Both the position numbers and the translations under genes were made by a program. The notes under the pieces are model-generated. The model did no database searches. It saw only the letters and a list, made by a program, of their open reading frames with translations, and had not been told where the DNA came from. Positions 59,024-64,000 of a DNA stretch of 64,000 bases are shown one piece after another. Location of the stretch: contig JAQXIO010000053.1 in the NCBI GenBank assembly GCA_029007825.1, positions 28,156-92,155 on the forward strand, read 5' to 3'. This DNA comes from Bacteroidales bacterium. GTDB taxonomy: Bacteria; Bacteroidota; Bacteroidia; Bacteroidales; JAQXIO01. Every line of letters starts with the position of its first letter. Position 1 is the stretch's first letter.

Positions 59024-62000
59024 AGATTTTAGCTATACGAGGAAAGAATATCGCGTCGTTAGAGGGAGAGTTTTCCATCGATTTCACCACCGAGCCTCTC
59101 CGTTCGGCCGGCATATTTTCGATCAACGGGCCTACGGGTTCCGGCAAATCGACGCTTTTAGACGTCGTATGTCTCGCGCTATTCGCCCAAACACCCAGAA
59201 GCCAACAGGCACGCGAACAAAAAATCGCGGTGCAGGATATGGGGAAGGCCTTAGCTCAGAGCGATGCGCGCAACCTGTTGCGAAGGGGTACGGCTTCGGG
59301 TTATGCGGAAGTGGATTTCATAGCTGCGGACGGGCACAGTTACCGTTCGCGTTGGTCTGTGCGCCGTGCACGCGACCGTGAAAACGGGGTATTACAGGAT
59401 TACGAAATGCAGCTTACCGATCTTTCGACCGGGAATCCGGTGCCGGGTAAAAAGAGTGAGCTTATGGCCTGCATCGTGCAGCGTACGGGACTCACTTTCG
59501 AACAGTTTACGCGCACCGTATTACTGGCTCAAAACGAGTTTTCGACCTTCCTGAAAGCCGAACAGAACGAAAAGGCGGAATTGTTGGAGAAACTTACGGG
59601 CACAGAATATTTTTCTCTTCTATCAAAAAAAATCTATGAAAAATATGCCGCGGCAAAGAGCGCTCTCGATCAGGTAAACCTGCTGACGAAAGGTATCGAG
59701 TTGCTGAGTGAAGAGGAGGTGGCTTCGCTGCAGAAAGAGGTTGAAGAACAGGAGCGGGTTTTATCTGTACTCAGAGAGCAGGAAAAGCATCTCAGCCTGT
59801 TGCAGGAGCGATGGCTTAACTTAGAAAAAAGCGAAAAAGAGTTCCGAGCGCAAAATGAAAGGTTGCAACGGCTTAGAGAAGAGGCGGTTTCTTTAAAATC
59901 GCAATACGAAGAGAGAAAAAAGAAGCTGCAAACGCTGAAAGAGCGAGAAGAGGCATATATCTTCGAACAGGAACGTTTGAACGGTCTGCTGAAAGAGGTG
60001 CGTTCAATCGACCTTTTAACAGGAGAAAAGGCTAAGAAGCTTGCCGAGCTAAATGAAGAGGAGCTTTCGACCGGACGAAAACAGCGGGATGCCGAATCCA
60101 GAAAGAACGAGGTTTCCGTGCAGTTGGCTTCAAACAAAAAACAGAAGGAAGATACTGCCGCCTGGATCGCAGCGCATCAAAGCCGGGCGCATGTAGCGGA
60201 ACAGGGCGAATTGCTGAATAACCTACTGGGGCAGATCGGCGATAACCGGAGAGAGCATGCCTCCTTAAACGAGCTACACAAGGAGTGTGTGTTAAAAGTC
60301 AAAGAGCTGACACGGCTAACGGAACAGAAAAAAGCTGTATTCGAAGAGCAAAAGGGAAAAGCGGACGAGGCAACTCAAGCACTGCGTAAACTTACCGAAG
60401 AGCGGGAAAAGATCGACTTCCAATCGGTAAGTTCCCAACTGCAGCAATGGGAAAAAAAGCTCGAAAGGGTTACAGCGCTGCAAAAAATCCGGACAGAATC
60501 GGAACGGACAATGGAAGAGTTCCGGAAAATTTCCACCGCTTTACAGGAAGCAGAAAACAAATACGATGTTTTATTACCGGAAACCAAACAAAAAAAACAA
60601 GAAACCGAACAGGCAAAATTGTATAAGGAGGGACAAGAGGCCCTTTACCAGAATTATCTCGTCGCCGCTTCCGAAAAAATAGAGTCCCTGCGACCGACTT
60701 TACAGGACGGAGTCGCCTGCCCTTTGTGCGGGGCGACCGAACATCCTTATGCCCACGGGGAGAGAGGGGCCGTACATCAATTGTTGGCATCTGCGAAAGA
60801 GGGATTAAAGGAGAGCCAGAAACGCTATGAGTTTCTGCTCGGCCAATATAACCAGTCGTTGCAATCGGAGGTTTTGTTGCGCAAGCGCATGGATGAACTG
60901 AAAGAGGAAGCCGAAAAGGCAGAGAAAGCGGTAAAGGAGAACGAAGAGTTGTGGCTTAACGCGACCGACGAAACTTTCCGTTTATCGATGAAAGAGAGAG
61001 GGGCGGCCTGGTTAAGCGAAGAGATCGAGACGTATAACGGGCAAATCCGGTCACTGAACGATATAAGGTCTTATTATTTGTCGCTGACACAAAAAGCGGA
61101 ACAGCAACAAAGGGTTGCAGAGGAGCTAAAAGAGCTTTGCCTGAAAACGGAAAAAGAGATCGTACAAGACCAGCAGGAGCTTTCGCTGACCGAACAGAGG
61201 CAGAGGGAGTATGCCCGGAGAGCCGAGGAGAAGGAGTCGGCTATCGCTACAGACAAAACAAAGGTGGATGCTCTTTTCGGAAACGGCGAATGGCAGAAAG
61301 GCTGGGAAGAGGATCCGGCTCTTTTCCTCGACCGGTTGAACCGCTTTACGAAAGAGTGGCACGAATACAACGCTCTTATTCCCGAATTGGAAAAGGGGGA
61401 TGAGCGGCTGCATGCGGAACTGGTATTCTGCGACCAGACATTGCAGGAGTGTTTGCTGCGACAAAACAGCTTACAGCAGAAAAAGGGGGAGATAGTCCGG
61501 GAACTTTCGTCTTTGCAGGAACGGCGGAGCGCTTTATTCGGGACTTCCGATCCGGACGAAAAAGAGGTGCAGTTCAAACAGGAACGCGACATGTTGCAAA
61601 AGGATATCCGGCGCGAGCAGGAGGAGAATGAGAAGATTTCGGTTGCATACGAGCGTATTTGCGGAGAGGAGAAGCAGTTATCGCGGAGTCAGGAAGAGAG
61701 GGACGATGAACTCACAAAACTGCGACTGCAATTGCAGGAAGAGGGGGATTACGAAGCTTTGCCGAAACAGATAGAGCAGCTTACGATACGGCAAAAAGAG
61801 CTAACCGAAGCAATCAGCCAGATACGAATGCGGCTTCATTCAAATACGGAAAAGGGCGAACGGTTGCAGGCTTTGTCGGAAGAGAAAAAGGCGAAGAAGG
61901 CTTTGTTCGAATCGTGGGGTAAATTAAACGAGCTGGCGGGTTCGAGCGATGGAAAGAAATTCCGCCTGATCGCACAGGGCTATACGCTCGAGATTCTGCT

Positions 62001-62409
62001 TGCCGATGCTAACCGGCATCTGAAAGAGCTGGCGCCGCGCTACCGGCTGGAACGTATTCCGGAGACTCTGGCTTTACAGGTTATCGACCATGATATGTGC
62101 GATGAGAGCCGCACGGTGCACTCGTTATCGGGCGGTGAATCGTTCTTAGTATCGCTGGCCCTGGCGTTAGGGCTATCATCGCTTTCATCGAACCGGATGC
62201 GGGTAGAGTCGCTGTTTATCGACGAGGGTTTCGGTTCGCTGGACGGGGAGACGCTGCGTATTGCGATGGAGGCTTTGGAGAATCTCCGCATGCAGGGAAG
62301 GAAGATCGGGGTTATATCGCACGTGGCGGAGATGGCGGAGCGTATTACTACACAGATACGTGTAGAGAAGGCCAGCAACGGGAGAAGCCGTATCCGGGTA
62401 ACGGGTTAA
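59020..62409 (+). CDS. sbcC: exonuclease SbcCD, ATPase subunit C
   Basis: Walker A NGPTGSGKST, a long coiled coil with zinc hook CPLCG, signature LSGGESFLVSLALAL, and Walker B LFIDEGFG. Overlaps sbcD by 4 nt. Confidence 0.93.
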   Translation: MKILAIRGKNIASLEGEFSIDFTTEPLRSAGIFSINGPTGSGKSTLLDVVCLALFAQTPRSQQAREQKIAVQDMGKALAQSDARNLLRRGTASGYAEVDFIAADGHSYRSRWSVRRARDRENGVLQDYEMQLTDLSTGNPVPGKKSELMACIVQRTGLTFEQFTRTVLLAQNEFSTFLKAEQNEKAELLEKLTGTEYFSLLSKKIYEKYAAAKSALDQVNLLTKGIELLSEEEVASLQKEVEEQERVLSVLREQEKHLSLLQERWLNLEKSEKEFRAQNERLQRLREEAVSLKSQYEERKKKLQTLKEREEAYIFEQERLNGLLKEVRSIDLLTGEKAKKLAELNEEELSTGRKQRDAESRKNEVSVQLASNKKQKEDTAAWIAAHQSRAHVAEQGELLNNLLGQIGDNRREHASLNELHKECVLKVKELTRLTEQKKAVFEEQKGKADEATQALRKLTEEREKIDFQSVSSQLQQWEKKLERVTALQKIRTESERTMEEFRKISTALQEAENKYDVLLPETKQKKQETEQAKLYKEGQEALYQNYLVAASEKIESLRPTLQDGVACPLCGATEHPYAHGERGAVHQLLASAKEGLKESQKRYEFLLGQYNQSLQSEVLLRKRMDELKEEAEKAEKAVKENEELWLNATDETFRLSMKERGAAWLSEEIETYNGQIRSLNDIRSYYLSLTQKAEQQQRVAEELKELCLKTEKEIVQDQQELSLTEQRQREYARRAEEKESAIATDKTKVDALFGNGEWQKGWEEDPALFLDRLNRFTKEWHEYNALIPELEKGDERLHAELVFCDQTLQECLLRQNSLQQKKGEIVRELSSLQERRSALFGTSDPDEKEVQFKQERDMLQKDIRREQEENEKISVAYERICGEEKQLSRSQEERDDELTKLRLQLQEEGDYEALPKQIEQLTIRQKELTEAISQIRMRLHSNTEKGERLQALSEEKKAKKALFESWGKLNELAGSSDGKKFRLIAQGYTLEILLADANRHLKELAPRYRLERIPETLALQVIDHDMCDESRTVHSLSGGESFLVSLALALGLSSLSSNRMRVESLFIDEGFGSLDGETLRIAMEALENLRMQGRKIGVISHVAEMAERITTQIRVEKASNGRSRIRVTG

Positions 62410-62415
62410 TATTCC

Positions 62416-62874
62416 CTATTCAAAACGGATGTATTCGCGTATGCGGAGAAAATTTTCCTGTAATTTCAGCATATTCGCGGCAAGGTATTCATAGAAGCCT
62501 GGCCAATGTTCGCGGCGATGGATATCGAGCCCGCCCCGGAAGCAATAGACACGGGCAACCTGCTGCCCCGATTCACGCACAAAGAAGGGATCCCATACCA
62601 GCGCCCCGGAAAATCCCTGTTCCAATTGTTCTTTGTACCACTCTACCCTTTCGTACATTTCCAGACGTTCCGCTTCGTTGCGGTGGTTGATCTCGAGAAT
62701 CACAAAAGCGCCCTCGCGCGTGGCATCGAATTTCAGCTCGACGCCTTTCACTTTCGTATCGTAGAGTATCCATCGGCATCGTTTGCCGCGAAACTCCGGA
62801 AGCAGGCTGCAATAGTCGTCGAAGCCTGTCCAGAAAGTCCGTTTTAATTCCTTTAATTCTTCTTTTGAATACAT
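62416..62874 (-). CDS. DUF4268-like protein
   Basis: About 152 aa from MYSKEELKELKRTFWTGF. Family call is from memory. Convergent with sbcC across a 6-bp gap. Confidence 0.5.
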   Translation of the reverse strand: MYSKEELKELKRTFWTGFDDYCSLLPEFRGKRCRWILYDTKVKGVELKFDATREGAFVILEINHRNEAERLEMYERVEWYKEQLEQGFSGALVWDPFFVRESGQQVARVYCFRGGLDIHRREHWPGFYEYLAANMLKLQENFLRIREYIRFE

Positions 62875-62959
62875 AATCTGTTCGGCGGACAAAGATAGAA
62901 ACAAGTTCAAAGATTTCAAGATTTTAGGGCGAATCGTTCTACTTGTTGAGAGAAAGCAT

Positions 62960-62967
62960 TAAATTTG
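62960..62967 (+). promoter_or_regulatory. candidate -7 box for pheS
   Basis: TAAATTTG lies 34 nt upstream of the ATG at 63001. Confidence 0.45.
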
Positions 62968-63000
62968 CAACTTAATTCAGAATATAAGAGAGAGACGGGT

Positions 63001-64000
63001 ATGATTCAAAAGATAAACGCACTGCTGAAAGAGATCGGAGACATGAAAGCTTCCAATATGGAAGAGTTAGAAGCTCTCCGTATCAAGTATTTAAGCAAGA
63101 AGGGAGAAGTTACAGCTCTTTTCAACGATTTCCGTAACGTTGCCGCCGAAGAAAAACGTGAGATGGGTAAACGCCTGAACGAACTGAAGGAGCAGGCACA
63201 AACCAAAATCAACGAGATAAAGGAGGCTTTTGAAAACAAGTCTTCTTCGAATAACGAACTGGACCTGACACGCACGGCTTATCCTGTCCGTTTAGGTTCG
63301 CGCCATCCGTTGTCGGTTGTACGTGAGGAAATCTGCTCTATTTTCGGACGCCTCGGCTTCAGCATAGCAGAGGGTCCTGAGATCGAAGACGACTGGCATG
63401 TATTTTCGGCACTGAACTTCGCGGAGGATCATCCGGCGCGCGATATGCAGGATACTTTCTTTATCAGCCATCAACCGGATGTGTTGCTGCGCACGCACAC
63501 TTCGTCGGTACAAACGCGCGTAATGGAAAAGAGCGAACCTCCTATCCGTATTATCTGTCCGGGACGTGTTTACCGCAACGAGGCCATATCGTACCGCGCA
63601 CACTGTTTTTTCCATCAGGTAGAGGCTTTATACGTTGACAAGGATGTTTCGTTTGCCGACCTGAAACAGGCTCTTTTATTCTTTGCGAAAGAGATGTTCG
63701 GCGCGGAGACGAAAATCCGCCTTCGCCCCTCTTATTTCCCGTTTACAGAGCCTTCGGCAGAAATGGATATTTCGTGCAACTTGTGCGGGGGAAAGGGTTG
63801 TCCGTTCTGTAAATATACCGGCTGGGTAGAGATTTTAGGTTGCGGCATGGTTGATCCGAATGTGCTGGACAGTTGCGGCATCGACAGTAAAATTTATTCG
63901 GGCTATGCTTTGGGTATGGGTATCGAACGAATTACGAACCTGAAGTATCAGGTTAAAGACCTCCGGATGTTTTCGGAGAATGACCTGCGGTTCCTGAAGG
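63001..64000 (+). CDS. pheS: phenylalanine--tRNA ligase alpha subunit (3' end beyond the window)
   Basis: My own translation gives HPARDMQDTFF, LLRTHTSSVQ, GRVYRNE, FHQVE, FPFTEPSAE and GMGIERI. The ORF is open to the window edge and is absent from the ORF track. Confidence 0.93.
   Translation, partial: MIQKINALLKEIGDMKASNMEELEALRIKYLSKKGEVTALFNDFRNVAAEEKREMGKRLNELKEQAQTKINEIKEAFENKSSSNNELDLTRTAYPVRLGSRHPLSVVREEICSIFGRLGFSIAEGPEIEDDWHVFSALNFAEDHPARDMQDTFFISHQPDVLLRTHTSSVQTRVMEKSEPPIRIICPGRVYRNEAISYRAHCFFHQVEALYVDKDVSFADLKQALLFFAKEMFGAETKIRLRPSYFPFTEPSAEMDISCNLCGGKGCPFCKYTGWVEILGCGMVDPNVLDSCGIDSKIYSGYALGMGIERITNLKYQVKDLRMFSENDLRFLK

Noticed and set aside
1-64000. I scanned the whole window for CRISPR repeats, integrases, transposases, phage genes, toxin-antitoxin pairs, reverse transcriptases and known defence-system ATPases or nucleases.
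   Set aside because: None was found. The only SMC-like ATPase/nuclease pair is canonical SbcCD with the standard zinc hook. The only repeats are the promoter-like cassettes reported above. The window looks like conserved core genome rather than an accessory island.

Overview
This 64-kb window reads as core chromosome of a Bacteroidales (Bacteroidota) bacterium. It holds about 58 tightly packed protein genes and one tRNA-Thr(UGU). I see no rRNA, CRISPR array, integrase, transposase or phage genes. The phylum call is an inference from several points: TAnnTTTG -7 promoter boxes ahead of many genes, no Shine-Dalgarno sequences, a Bacteroidetes-type N-succinylornithine carbamoyltransferase, a long NusB, and a CarboxypepD_reg-type TonB receptor. 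Gene order: lon; a membrane-protein/TetR/DUF2867 operon; a CBM9-like lipoprotein; the Na+-pumping methylmalonyl-CoA decarboxylase operon (mce, mmdA, LTD-OadG, mmdC, mmdB); a cytidylate-kinase-like gene; a MATE pump; a TonB-dependent receptor; nitroreductase, DUF2520, kdsC, maf; apbE, mntP, nitroreductase, GT2, DUF4199; otsAB fusion plus GH15; tRNA-Thr; a PurF-like gene and pepT; rplY, pth, hslR; DUF3276; a frameshifted acyltransferase; AraC; nusB, yajC, ybbR-like, coaE, DUF5606; GH116 plus GH172; proA and argF'; an 8-kb envelope glycoconjugate cluster; an EamA transporter; aguA and aguB; sbcD and sbcC; DUF4268; pheS (3' partial). I found no clear defence or mobile system. The most unusual signals are non-coding. 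(1) The 574-bp gap at 15961-16534 is a tandem array of promoter-like cassettes with a two-unit higher-order period, and a 137-138-bp core of it recurs at about 88% identity between nusB and yajC. (2) A consensus promoter drives a roughly 96-nt RNA with paired ends that directly abuts tRNA-Thr. (3) The MATE gene has a three-helix leader. On the coding side, the notable items are a GT4/PIG-L/acyltransferase/LpxH-like cluster, a PurF paralogue lacking the Cys1 nucleophile, and a lamin-tail-domain fusion on the decarboxylase membrane subunit. All functional calls come from reading the translated ORFs and recognising motifs. No database search was run.
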